Shown here: positions 18,589 to 27,208 of the stretch, piece by piece
How the letters are laid out: every line of letters starts with the position of its first letter
How positions within the stretch are numbered: position 1 is the first letter of the stretch
Translations under genes and position numbers: made by a program
The notes under the pieces: generated by a model
The model's input: the letters and a program-made list of their open reading frames with translations, nothing else
Database searches by the model: none
Told to the model about the DNA's origin: nothing
Source of the DNA: a virus
Taxonomy: Duplodnaviria; Heunggongvirae; Uroviricota; Caudoviricetes
Length of the DNA stretch: 64,000 bases
IMG/VR virus record: IMGVR_UViG_3300000944_000006
Span: 18,380-82,379 of that record
Direction: 5' to 3' (one strand)

Positions 18589-19092
18589 TTAAGTGTCTGT
18601 CAGTTCAGTTTGAACTGATTTTTCGTCTTTACGTGCATTAATTTCATAATTTATCATATCTTGTATAAGTTGTGATAGCATATGAGCGACAAGTGTTGCC
18701 TGTGTGCTTGACATAGATTTAATATCGTATGTTTTAGCAAGATTTTGGATAACGTCAAGAGAATCTTCTTCAATAATTTTATCTAATTCTTCCTTTAATC
18801 CCCCCATGTCTTCTTCTTTAACTTCGTCCACAAATGCGTTTATAACAGATGTTATAATTTTTTGGCGCTCTTTCCATTCACCATTTATCTTGTCTACAAC
18901 ACCTGAAGCAGGTTCATGTACGATAAGTATATTGCCATCATCTACAGGATATTGGCCTATCACATATCGATATACAGATTCTTTGTCTGGGGAATTTGTG
19001 GGGGAAGAAGGGGTTTTGCGGGATTTTTGTTGTTTTGTAAAATCAACTACATTATTATTGTTATTATTATCAGTTGTTTCGTCGGTAGGCAT
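18589..19092 (-). CDS. hypothetical protein with poly-Asn N-terminus
   Basis: TDNNNNNNVVDF. Acidic protein. Confidence 0.45.
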   Translation of the reverse strand: MPTDETTDNNNNNNVVDFTKQQKSRKTPSSPTNSPDKESVYRYVIGQYPVDDGNILIVHEPASGVVDKINGEWKERQKIITSVINAFVDEVKEEDMGGLKEELDKIIEEDSLDVIQNLAKTYDIKSMSSTQATLVAHMLSQLIQDMINYEINARKDEKSVQTELTDT

Positions 19093-19459
19093 TCAATATT
19101 TTTACTTGTCCTTTGTTGTTTATAAGTCGGTTCTTTAAAATTGGCATGTCATATTCATCTATGTAATTATATAACACATCAATTGCCTTAACCTTTACAA
19201 CATTCCCGTTTAAGCTGTCAAGGTCTAAATACACAATAAAAGATTTCATGAAATTAAATTCGTTTAATGAAAACCCATACTTACTAAACACTTTCTTGTT
19301 ATTCATAAAATAAGAAGACTGTTTATCTAAAACATATTTTTTGCCTTCATGTATTAGATAATAAGGTTTTGTTTTAGACTTAGAGCAAGCCCGTTCTCGA
19401 AATGAAACCTTCAATATTCTTGTTGAATATTTATTTTTTTCCGAAAAAGGCTTGCTCAT
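19070..19459 (-). CDS. hypothetical protein (129 aa)
   Basis: ORF preceded by the 19-mer repeat copy 2. Confidence 0.45.
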   Translation of the reverse strand: MSKPFSEKNKYSTRILKVSFRERACSKSKTKPYYLIHEGKKYVLDKQSSYFMNNKKVFSKYGFSLNEFNFMKSFIVYLDLDSLNGNVVKVKAIDVLYNYIDEYDMPILKNRLINNKGQVKILNAYRRNN

Positions 19460-19464
19460 TTTAG

Positions 19465-19483
19465 TTTACTTAGTCTTTCTTAG
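19465..19483. repeat. 19-bp perfect direct repeat, copy 2
   Basis: Identical to 17551..17569. This copy is non-coding and lies 5 nt upstream of the ATG at 19459. Confidence 0.8.
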
Positions 19484-19595
19484 TAAGTTTGTTGATGTCG
19501 CGTCTGTGCTAGACCCCATCTACTTGGCTACAAGCAACTTAATCCACCGTTCAAAAGTGTGCTAAGTCTTGTTAAGATTATACATTTCTTTGGAA

Positions 19596-19925
19596 TTAGT
19601 CAATAAGTATCTTGTCTATTTTGACTTGATAAGATTCAATTTCATCTGATTCGTATTCGCTACCAGTGATAGTAAAATAAAGAGTGTGTGGTTGTTTTAC
19701 GCGATATTCACTAACGTTTTGCCAATTGTCTCCGTTTGCATTTGGCAATGGCGTGATATCAATATAATTGAGGATTTGTTTTGCATCAATGTCAAGATAT
19801 ATTGCATCTGTGAGTCTTGAAGGTTTAATATATAACCCAATCAAATTATCTACTTTATTGTGGATAATTTCTGAATTATAAACTATGGAACTATGCGCTT
19901 TGTATTTTTTGCCGATAATAAACAT
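19596..19925 (-). CDS. hypothetical protein (109 aa)
   Basis: ORF. Confidence 0.45.
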   Translation of the reverse strand: MFIIGKKYKAHSSIVYNSEIIHNKVDNLIGLYIKPSRLTDAIYLDIDAKQILNYIDITPLPNANGDNWQNVSEYRVKQPHTLYFTITGSEYESDEIESYQVKIDKILID

Positions 19926-19961
19926 TTTTCTTCAATATATTATCGTAACATCAATTGCAAA

Positions 19962-20363
19962 TTATTCTTTGGTAAAATTTCCCCTGCCAAAGATTTTTAC
20001 ACTTGTGTACATAATACGTGCGCGATGTTTGGCAACACCAGATGCGTCCATAATATATCTGAATTCTTTGTCTGCGAAAGATTTTGTTTTTAATCCATGT
20101 TCGTAAAGATAATCGTGTATTACAGCAGCAAATGTATATTTTCCGAATGGCGGTACAAACGCCCATAATGGCCTTGGTACGCTTGCTAAATCAGTATGTG
20201 TGCCTTTGGGTATAAATATTTCTGTATCGTCAGTAAGTTTTATTTGTATGTCTCTTGTCGTAACAAATCCATATTCAGAAACTTGCGTCACTGTATTATA
20301 TTGATACTCTTTTACATAATTTCTATAATGTGCAATACCTTTATACTTAAACATTATTTTCAC
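19962..20363 (-). CDS. DUF1353-like protein
   Basis: DLASVPRPLW...FGKYTFAAVIHDYLYEHG...ADKEFRYIMD resembles the DUF1353 conserved core. Confidence 0.4.
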   Translation of the reverse strand: MKIMFKYKGIAHYRNYVKEYQYNTVTQVSEYGFVTTRDIQIKLTDDTEIFIPKGTHTDLASVPRPLWAFVPPFGKYTFAAVIHDYLYEHGLKTKSFADKEFRYIMDASGVAKHRARIMYTSVKIFGRGNFTKE

Positions 20364-20406
20364 CCGTTATTTGCTGATAAAAATATTTATAATTTTCGCA
20401 CTTAGG

Positions 20407-20736
20407 TTAACATAAATTTATACTACATTGATTCAATTTCGCTGAATCTAATTTAATATTTCTTATATCGGCTCTTATAATATCTAAATTAGTCAATTTA
20501 AGGATTTCAATTGATTTAGAAGTTTTGAAATAAAGCGTTTCTTTACTATCTTTAAATTTTACGAAAACTTTGTTCAAAAAGTTTTGTTGTGTATCATTTC
20601 CTACATGAAAGTGTACACTAAATAAAACCTCACGCAACCCGTCCTCGGCATAATATCTTAAGCATACATCATTGTGGCCCATGTAATATACACTAACATC
20701 GCGTATATTTGAAAAGTCTATTTTATATTTGTACAT
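20407..20736 (-). CDS. small protein, MYKYKI family
   Basis: Starts MYKYKIDFSN. Paralogous N-termini at 20723, 28514, 29413, 33604 and 35719. Confidence 0.45.
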   Translation of the reverse strand: MYKYKIDFSNIRDVSVYYMGHNDVCLRYYAEDGLREVLFSVHFHVGNDTQQNFLNKVFVKFKDSKETLYFKTSKSIEILKLTNLDIIRADIRNIKLDSAKLNQCSINLC

Positions 20737-21100
20737 GTCTTTGCGTAACCGTGTCTACAAATCGAAAATCTTCAAATGTTAATTCGACTGTATGTGAAGG
20801 AAAATTGAAAGATGTGCTATGTATAGTTGACACACAAAGAATAGCTTCAAAATATAAAATAGATTTTTCTTTGTTAAAATGATTTATAACACGTCTTAGA
20901 ATTGAATTTGCGAAGTCAGTGTTCATTTGTTCATCGCTCGTAGGAAAAATATGTGCATAAATCTTGTGCGTACCTACAAAATAACTAACCATAACATTGC
21001 CACTATCTGTAATAATGACATCCCATGCAGTAGAAAAATCTATTTTAAATTTTTGCGGCGTTTCTAACATGGTTGAAATCTTTCTTTTCTTTAAAAGCAC
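20723..21100 (-). CDS. small protein, MYKYKI-family-like (QKFKIDFST)
   Basis: N-terminal region similar to the neighbouring gene. Confidence 0.4.
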   Translation of the reverse strand: MLLKKRKISTMLETPQKFKIDFSTAWDVIITDSGNVMVSYFVGTHKIYAHIFPTSDEQMNTDFANSILRRVINHFNKEKSILYFEAILCVSTIHSTSFNFPSHTVELTFEDFRFVDTVTQRHVQI

Positions 21101-22448
21101 CGTTATTATAAACTGTCGTTAGTTTATTGTCATCAAGTATATCATCTTCGCCTGTTGTATATTCTCCATTTAGATTAACAGATGTCAGAAATCCTTTTTT
21201 GAATTTCTTTGAATTGTTGGTGAATGATTTGAATGCGGCACGGCGTCCACCATCATCAATAAAAGAATTGGCAGAAGACATAAACTGAAACGTGTTTTTC
21301 GAAACATTTTGGTACATGCTTCCGCGCATACACAGCACAAAGTTGTTAATAGATACTTTACTTGCCTTACATAACTTAACAAAATTTTCAAAATCTTTTA
21401 GAGACTGCCAATCATACTGGAACATAATTTTAACACGATGCGAAATGCGATATCCACGGTCTGTTGTTGTCTGGGGGAAAGTTGCCAAAATCTTTTCCAT
21501 AAGCGCAATGACTTCTTCTTGTGTGATGCCGTTACCACATTTAAGATGCACTTTACGTGTTGTATATGATTCTATTTTTTCTTTTAATATTTCGCATATA
21601 TATGTTTCAACAGCATCTTCGGCATTATGTGTGTCAATAGTTAATGCGGTATTATCTGGCGTTTGCTCGCTGTCAAAGCTTTCTAAAAAGTGTTGATATG
21701 CAAGAACTTCGTTTTGAACGCCCCACGACAATGTGACAAGATTGTCATTTCCATTATATCCACTATTATCTGTAAAGAAATTAGAATAAATTTCATTTCC
21801 AATATTTACGGCAGATGTTGCTTCTGTTGTGTCAAAATTTATAAGATGTGCGATAGCTGTTATATCTGCTGTTTCCTTCGAAGACATTTCAGAAAAGCTT
21901 TCATCATGCAGTACAATATCTTCTGGGCCAATATCATCATATCCAATAGACGTTTCTTCGTCTATAATATCTTTTAAAATTTTCTTTATTTCTCGCGAAA
22001 TTGTAGCAACTGTGGATGGTAGCCATATCGCACGTAACAAAGCCTTTTCTATGTGCGACACAAGCCATGCACACTTAGGGTCTGTGTTGATGACTTGGTA
22101 TAAAGGCGTCTTAAACGGTACAACAGACCCTTCTGGCAGGGCTTGTATTTTTATTGGTATAGCGCCGTCATATGTTTTTAAAATATATTCCCATCCTTCG
22201 TAATTAAATTCCATACCAGATTTTTCTGCAACATTTTGTGCAATTTTCAAATCATCTTCTGTGATAGGTTTCGAAAGATGTTGATTTATAAAAAGGTGAT
22301 GTCCTGTATAGACCATTTCCTTAATAGGTTTGTACTTATCGTCAGACGAACCATTTGCTTCACCACACACAGACGCGTGTTCTAATGTTAATTGGTAATG
22401 ACGTGCAGCGTCAAGTTTGTGGAATAATGTGTTAAGAATAATGCTCAT
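21045..22448 (-). CDS. nicotinamide phosphoribosyltransferase (NAMPT/NadV) family protein, divergent; possibly non-catalytic
   Basis: Block EGWEYILKTYDGAIPIKIQALPEGSVVPFKTPLYQVINTDPKCAWLVSHIEKALLRAIWLPSTVATISREIKKIL aligns closely with NAMPT ([74 protein letters not shown]). Where NAMPT has HDFGYRG the phage protein has HDESFSE, and the His247-equivalent position appears to be Asp. Confidence 0.7.
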   Translation of the reverse strand: MSIILNTLFHKLDAARHYQLTLEHASVCGEANGSSDDKYKPIKEMVYTGHHLFINQHLSKPITEDDLKIAQNVAEKSGMEFNYEGWEYILKTYDGAIPIKIQALPEGSVVPFKTPLYQVINTDPKCAWLVSHIEKALLRAIWLPSTVATISREIKKILKDIIDEETSIGYDDIGPEDIVLHDESFSEMSSKETADITAIAHLINFDTTEATSAVNIGNEIYSNFFTDNSGYNGNDNLVTLSWGVQNEVLAYQHFLESFDSEQTPDNTALTIDTHNAEDAVETYICEILKEKIESYTTRKVHLKCGNGITQEEVIALMEKILATFPQTTTDRGYRISHRVKIMFQYDWQSLKDFENFVKLCKASKVSINNFVLCMRGSMYQNVSKNTFQFMSSANSFIDDGGRRAAFKSFTNNSKKFKKGFLTSVNLNGEYTTGEDDILDDNKLTTVYNNGAFKEKKDFNHVRNAAKI

Positions 22449-22498
22449 ATGGGAATACCTATTTTTTAATAGCTTATTAGATATTTACATACAAGATG

Positions 22499-22837
22499 TC
22501 AACGCTTTTTCACGTAATGGTCAATTTCGATACGGCCAATTTTAGTTGCTGTAACATCAACATAGAAATAATTGCCACTACCAGACGAATATGCTTCTTT
22601 TTCAAAAGATACGTCTTCTTTAGTAAATTCTCCATACACATTATACTGAATTGGCCCAAGATAGAAAAATTTATTTTTATCCACAAGATATTTCGGGATA
22701 ATTATCTTTGCATAGGCAGTTAAAGTTTTACCTTCTTCTTCAGAATATACAGTACCAATTTTTACATAAGAATAATAAATATCGTCGGTAGTTTTAAGTT
22801 CTATACCTTTCCAAACAGTTTTCATTATACTTGTCAT
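22499..22837 (-). CDS. hypothetical protein (112 aa)
   Basis: ORF. Confidence 0.45.
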   Translation of the reverse strand: MTSIMKTVWKGIELKTTDDIYYSYVKIGTVYSEEEGKTLTAYAKIIIPKYLVDKNKFFYLGPIQYNVYGEFTKEDVSFEKEAYSSGSGNYFYVDVTATKIGRIEIDHYVKKR

Positions 22838-23121
22838 GTGTTTATTTCTATTTTATCAAGATTAATGACTTTAAGATATACTATTTTTGCAGTAAATCCA
22901 CTTTTAGTTTCCTCTTCGCCTTTTTTGACTACTTCGAAACCCCCATACACATCAACACAGACGCCTTTCCATAAAAACTGTTCGGGTATGATAGATACGT
23001 CTTCAATAAGAAATCGTATATTATACTTTTCATCTTCATTAGTATGAAAAATTTTTTGAAGATACAGTTCACCAGTATTTGAATACTCGCAGACTTCAAG
23101 CTTTTTGATAACGCCCTTCAT
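22834..23121 (-). CDS. hypothetical protein (95 aa)
   Basis: ORF, 4-nt overlap. Confidence 0.45.
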   Translation of the reverse strand: MKGVIKKLEVCEYSNTGELYLQKIFHTNEDEKYNIRFLIEDVSIIPEQFLWKGVCVDVYGGFEVVKKGEEETKSGFTAKIVYLKVINLDKIEINT

Positions 23122-23123
23122 GG

Positions 23124-23750
23124 TTACAAACCACCAAGACCACCAAGCAGACCATTACCACCTTTGCCTTTAAGCAAGTTGTGCAGACCTTTTGTGATGC
23201 CGTCAATTGCAAGCATAGAATCAATATCGATTGTAAAATTATACTTGTGCGCCGCACAGATTTCAAGTTTTTCGACATCTTCTTTAAATCCAATAAAGGA
23301 TTTCTGGACAAACTTTTCAGCACCAGATGGAAGTGTAAGCTTTGATAAAGGGTGTGAATCTATTGCAGAAATATAAAGAGAACGAAGAATAATATCTTCG
23401 TCAAACGTAAGATGACGCTTCTTTTCTATGACATCATCAAAAGAATGATGGTCTTTGCCTGTACGTGATGCAATTTCTATAGATGCAACACGAAGCATTG
23501 TCTGGGAAGTCTTTTCATCATTTTTTACTGAAGTGCTATAGTGCGTGTCCATGTAATGCAACAGGAACATAAATTCTGCGTATGATGTGCGCGAACCTTT
23601 TGTGAAAACAGACCATGCAAGATATTCTTCGATTTTTAAACGAAGGTGTTTGTCTACACTTTCCCAATTCATAACGTCTTTATCGGTGTGTACAAAAACA
23701 TTATCTAGTTGTTCGCACGGCTCATACTGAAAAATGTTAATATCAGTCAT
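23124..23750 (-). CDS. hypothetical protein with Gly-rich C-terminus
   Basis: Ends KGKGGNGLLGGLGGL. Confidence 0.45.
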   Translation of the reverse strand: MTDINIFQYEPCEQLDNVFVHTDKDVMNWESVDKHLRLKIEEYLAWSVFTKGSRTSYAEFMFLLHYMDTHYSTSVKNDEKTSQTMLRVASIEIASRTGKDHHSFDDVIEKKRHLTFDEDIILRSLYISAIDSHPLSKLTLPSGAEKFVQKSFIGFKEDVEKLEICAAHKYNFTIDIDSMLAIDGITKGLHNLLKGKGGNGLLGGLGGL

Positions 23751-23759
23751 AGTTTTCTC

Positions 23760-24341
23760 CTAAGAAAGTTCTTCAAAAACAGATGGAAAATCATCCGAAA
23801 AATGACCTTCGATTAAATTTTCTAATACAGTTTTGTTTAAGAAACATGACCGTATCTGGTGATTGACATAATACCATATAAAATCTAAACATAAAAGTGT
23901 GTACGCATATGGCTTAAACATGTCTGGATAAGGAAAGAATAATAAAAAGCCTGCGGTTGCAAGAAATACCATAGATGATATTATGGATGTTTTTTTGACA
24001 TATATTTTAATATCTTCTTGCCACACAAACCAGTAGCTAATTGTAGGTAGTGGATTTGGGTATCTTTTATATTTTGCGGCATATTCTACAACTTTTTTTA
24101 GCTGCTCATTAACAACCTTATGACGCTGTTTCAAAACACCATTTGCAGTATTTTGTAGACCAGTGAGGCCGACAGACATTGCTACAACACAACATGTAAA
24201 AATTTTGATGAGTATTAGGCCAGAAAGAAGAAGTTCCATATATGGGAAATTGATTGCAAACATTGCTGCAAGAAATGCTACACCAACAGTACTAGCAAGT
24301 ACATATTTCAACAATATTTTTTCCATAATAAAATTTCTCAT
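23760..24341 (-). CDS. integral membrane protein (about 4 TM)
   Basis: Several long hydrophobic segments. Confidence 0.45.
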   Translation of the reverse strand: MRNFIMEKILLKYVLASTVGVAFLAAMFAINFPYMELLLSGLILIKIFTCCVVAMSVGLTGLQNTANGVLKQRHKVVNEQLKKVVEYAAKYKRYPNPLPTISYWFVWQEDIKIYVKKTSIISSMVFLATAGFLLFFPYPDMFKPYAYTLLCLDFIWYYVNHQIRSCFLNKTVLENLIEGHFSDDFPSVFEELS

Positions 24342-24391
24342 TTGTTTGGTGTTATACTACGCCAATATAATCTAGATGTCAAATTTATATG

Positions 24392-24468
24392 TGGTACGCG
24401 AGGCAAGATTCGAACTTGCGATAGTTCCGTTATGAGCGGAAAGCTTTAGACCACTTAGCTACTCGCGC
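24392..24468 (-). tRNA. tRNA-Met or tRNA-Ile2 (anticodon CAU), CCA encoded
   Basis: Hand-folded cloverleaf: acceptor GCGCGAG/CTCGCGT, anticodon stem TTCCG/CGGAA, loop CTCATAA, T-arm GCAAG-TTCGAAT-CTTGC. 77 nt. Not initiator-like. Confidence 0.7.
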
Positions 24469-24482
24469 ACGACATATAAATT

Positions 24483-24529
24483 TGGAGCGAACAACGGGAC
24501 TCGAACCCGTATATCCGCTTGGTGTTGTT
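24483..24529 (-). pseudogene. tRNA 3' half remnant (T-arm GGGTTCGAGTCCC + acceptor 3' strand + CCA-like end), no 5' half
   Basis: Only 47 nt separate the flanking tRNAs. It contains a perfect T-arm and a 6-bp AACAAC/GTTGTT stem but no D-arm or anticodon arm. Confidence 0.4.
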
Positions 24530-24604
24530 TGGCATGCCCGACAGGACTTGAACCTGTGACCCCAGATTAAAAATCTGATGTTCTACCAACTGAACTACGG
24601 GCAT
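24530..24604 (-). tRNA. tRNA-Lys (anticodon UUU)
   Basis: Acceptor ATGCCCG/CGGGCAT, D-arm GTTC-AGTTGGTAG-AAC, anticodon stem TCAGA/TCTGG with loop TTTTTAA, T-arm ACAGG-TTCAAGT-CCTGT, discriminator G + CCA. Confidence 0.7.
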
Positions 24605-24749
24605 ATCTAACAACAATGTTTTTATCGAATCTAAAGGTACGTTCGATATACCTTTGCAAGTTCCAACGTCTTGGGTAATAATGCATACCGAACATCTTAC
24701 CAAGTGCAAAAGTAAATTTATAGAATCAATATTAAACCTTTTTGGCTAT

Positions 24750-25031
24750 TTAGTAAAGAGGAATAAGTTGCTTACAAGAAACTTTATTTTCTTTTCCATC
24801 AACGCTTATTACATTAACATAATGTTCATCTGAAGACACTATAAAAACTGTCCCAAGAATATTGTGTGCATATGGCTTACTATATTCACAGGACGTTCCT
24901 GTAACAGTTTCGTTTTTATAGCTATGGGGCGGCGGATATAATGCTAAAGAAGCTACAGCTAATATTAACACCAATCCTATCAAAACTGAAAAGAAAATAA
25001 CTTCGAAGCTTAAGTCGTCACAGTGCTTCAT
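24750..25031 (-). CDS. small membrane-anchored protein
   Basis: N-terminal TM VIFFSVLIGLVLILAVASLALY. Confidence 0.4.
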   Translation of the reverse strand: MKHCDDLSFEVIFFSVLIGLVLILAVASLALYPPPHSYKNETVTGTSCEYSKPYAHNILGTVFIVSSDEHYVNVISVDGKENKVSCKQLIPLY

Positions 25032-25183
25032 TTTTTATCCCTGTGTTGTTGATGTTACTATTACAAGAAATATGGCTATGCACACTAAAGAAATAGGCCA
25101 AAGTGCCTTAATAGCAACAACTTTATCTTCGTAGTTTTTCATAATAAAACATTTTAAATCAATTAAAACATTACGTCAATATG

Positions 25184-25909
25184 TTATCTTAGTCGATTAC
25201 GTCTTTTCTTGTTAGACCGCTTTTTAGACGATGCATTACCTTTAGAAAAAAGCTGCTTAGAATGTCTACTGTCTCGTTGCCCTTCTTTTGATTTAATATC
25301 GTTATCGCCAGACCTGTATTTTTCGTAGACCTTGTGTGCAGGTGATTTAAATGTCCAAAGGCGCTTTGTCATAACCTGTATTTCGCATATAACACCGTCT
25401 ATGTCGACTTTAAAATGATGACTTCCGTAATAGCCATAATCTTTATCACGACCTTTTTCTTTATAGTCATATTTAAAAATTATAGCTTTTTTCTTTAAAG
25501 CCTTTACAACTTTTTCAACTTCGTAATCGTCTTTAAGAAGAATAGCGCCTCGCAGAAAATCATGTATGTCACCTGCCGACACACCGCGCTTAAAAACTTT
25601 ATCAATAAAAGAATCTGCGGGCTTAACACCTATTAAAATTTTAGCACCTTTGCCAGATACATGTTTCATCAAACTTTCAAACTTTTTTGTCCGCACAGTG
25701 ATGTATTTCTTTGCAACAAAATCATATGCGGCAAATCTTTCATCGTCATTATTTGTAGGAAGGTCTTTAAAGTCCTTTGCCCAAGGCTGTTTCTTTACAT
25801 TAGACTTACGGCGTTCTGTCAAAAGAGAATCAAAGATGTCCCAATTTTCATTAAACTGTATTTTATTTTCTATCAAATCTTCATAATAAAAATCTGTAAA
25901 TCTATGCAT
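25184..25909 (-). CDS. RelA/SpoT-homolog small alarmone synthetase-like nucleotidyltransferase (toxSAS-like) with basic C-terminal tail
   Basis: RTKKFESLMK (R-x-K-x3-S-x2/3-K), DFLRGAIL (D-x-x-G-x-R region), YYGSHHF (Y-x-S-x-H), VICEIQVMTKRLW (E-x-Q-x-R/M-T) reproduce the RSH synthetase-domain motif order. C-terminus KKRSNKKRRNRLR. Confidence 0.65.
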   Translation of the reverse strand: MHRFTDFYYEDLIENKIQFNENWDIFDSLLTERRKSNVKKQPWAKDFKDLPTNNDDERFAAYDFVAKKYITVRTKKFESLMKHVSGKGAKILIGVKPADSFIDKVFKRGVSAGDIHDFLRGAILLKDDYEVEKVVKALKKKAIIFKYDYKEKGRDKDYGYYGSHHFKVDIDGVICEIQVMTKRLWTFKSPAHKVYEKYRSGDNDIKSKEGQRDSRHSKQLFSKGNASSKKRSNKKRRNRLR

Positions 25910-26324
25910 TCTTAACCTTGTTAAAATAAAAGCTGTCGCCGTTCACGTAGTATTTATAATTAAACTTATCAACAATTTCTTTTGCGAAGCGTTCATAGAT
26001 AATGAATTTCTTTTCTGTTCCGCCGCTTGTTGTGAAATAGAAGCTATTTGGACAGTTTTCAGTGATGTAAGCGAAGATATGGTTACGAACAGTAGCAAAG
26101 ACCTTAAGAGGGTTTTTTATGCGGTTCCCGTAACTTTTCGTTGAAGAGAATGTCCCAAAGAATTCTGTTTCATGTGTGATGAATGGCATACCATGCTTAT
26201 CGTATCCGCCAATGATATAGAACGTTATGTCACGGTCTTTTACTTCGAAGACATAATCTGTTCCATCAACAGTAAAGGCTTTTAAAACATGCTTAGTCAT
26301 AATAATATCGCATTTCTCCATCAA
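25902..26324 (-). CDS. hypothetical protein overlapping the RSH gene start by 8 nt (candidate partner/antitoxin)
   Basis: Translationally coupled gene immediately upstream of the RSH gene. Confidence 0.45.
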   Translation of the reverse strand: MMEKCDIIMTKHVLKAFTVDGTDYVFEVKDRDITFYIIGGYDKHGMPFITHETEFFGTFSSTKSYGNRIKNPLKVFATVRNHIFAYITENCPNSFYFTTSGGTEKKFIIYERFAKEIVDKFNYKYYVNGDSFYFNKVKNA

Positions 26325-26365
26325 TACGGCTTACCTTACCATAAAAGAACAATGATGTCAAATGG

Positions 26366-27193
26366 TTAGCTAAGATTTTCGAAAATATGCTTAAAGGATG
26401 GTAAAGATATGTCACAGCTTTCGACAGTATATTTCTTTTCACGGTCTTTAGGGCGGAAGTTTTTCTTTCTCATGATGGTTGTAGCAACTAAATCAAATTC
26501 TTTCTTAGAATTATCCCATTTTAAAAAGAATGGGCTGTTAACATTTGTCTTAAGGTCTGTAAGCACAGCACCTATGTCCTTGTGTCTGTTACCTGACTTG
26601 TTTATGTTTTTACCATGCTTTTTAAACGCTTTTATAAACAGGTCTTTTAATTCTTCTATAGTAATTTGCTTACCATTTCGAGAATCATTTAATCTGTCAA
26701 TAAAATGACGTGTAAATTCAATATCAATATCTAAGTTTTTCCACACGCGGTCAAGATAGTTTTCAAGTTCTTTTAACTGCTTTCTTGTGACAGGCGGGTC
26801 TTTTGATTCAAAAATAGTTTTTGAAAATGACTTTGGAAATTTATGTGCAAGACTTAAAAGACGTTCTATAGGTGTTGCTACAAGATATACAGCTATCTTT
26901 TCATCTGGATTTTCATACATCACGCCCATATATCTATGATGTCCATCAAGAATTTTCTTGTCTGAAGAAACGATTAAAGGCTTCTTCATAATTTCTTTAA
27001 CGCCCTTTTCTTTAATCAATCGAGCAAATTGTTGTATCTTCATGTGATTAAAATCAGATTGTGTTGGTTTAAGATTTCCTACGCGCACATATGTTTTGAT
27101 AGTTCGTATATTATGCTGCGTTTTAAGCCATTTAATAAAATCTTTAGCATGGGCCGATTTTATCTGGGGCATGTCTTTACGTTTGATGTCCAT
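26366..27193 (-). CDS. ParB/Srx-like nuclease domain protein
   Basis: LKPTQSDF...KKILDGHHRY matches the ParB N-terminal nuclease-domain signature (L-x-P-T-Q ... DGHHR). Confidence 0.6.
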   Translation of the reverse strand: MDIKRKDMPQIKSAHAKDFIKWLKTQHNIRTIKTYVRVGNLKPTQSDFNHMKIQQFARLIKEKGVKEIMKKPLIVSSDKKILDGHHRYMGVMYENPDEKIAVYLVATPIERLLSLAHKFPKSFSKTIFESKDPPVTRKQLKELENYLDRVWKNLDIDIEFTRHFIDRLNDSRNGKQITIEELKDLFIKAFKKHGKNINKSGNRHKDIGAVLTDLKTNVNSPFFLKWDNSKKEFDLVATTIMRKKNFRPKDREKKYTVESCDISLPSFKHIFENLS

Positions 27194-27208
27194 AAAGACT
27201 ATTTATAG

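Noticed and set aside
19020-19075. ATT/GTT-rich simple repeat
   Set aside because: It encodes the poly-Asn tract of the 18589..19092 protein. It is not a CRISPR array or satellite. No CRISPR-like spaced repeats were seen anywhere in the window.
24455-24709. 84-aa ORF predicted across the tRNA cluster
   Set aside because: It overlaps two well-folded tRNA genes and a tRNA remnant on the same strand. It is an artefact of the GC-richer tRNA sequence.
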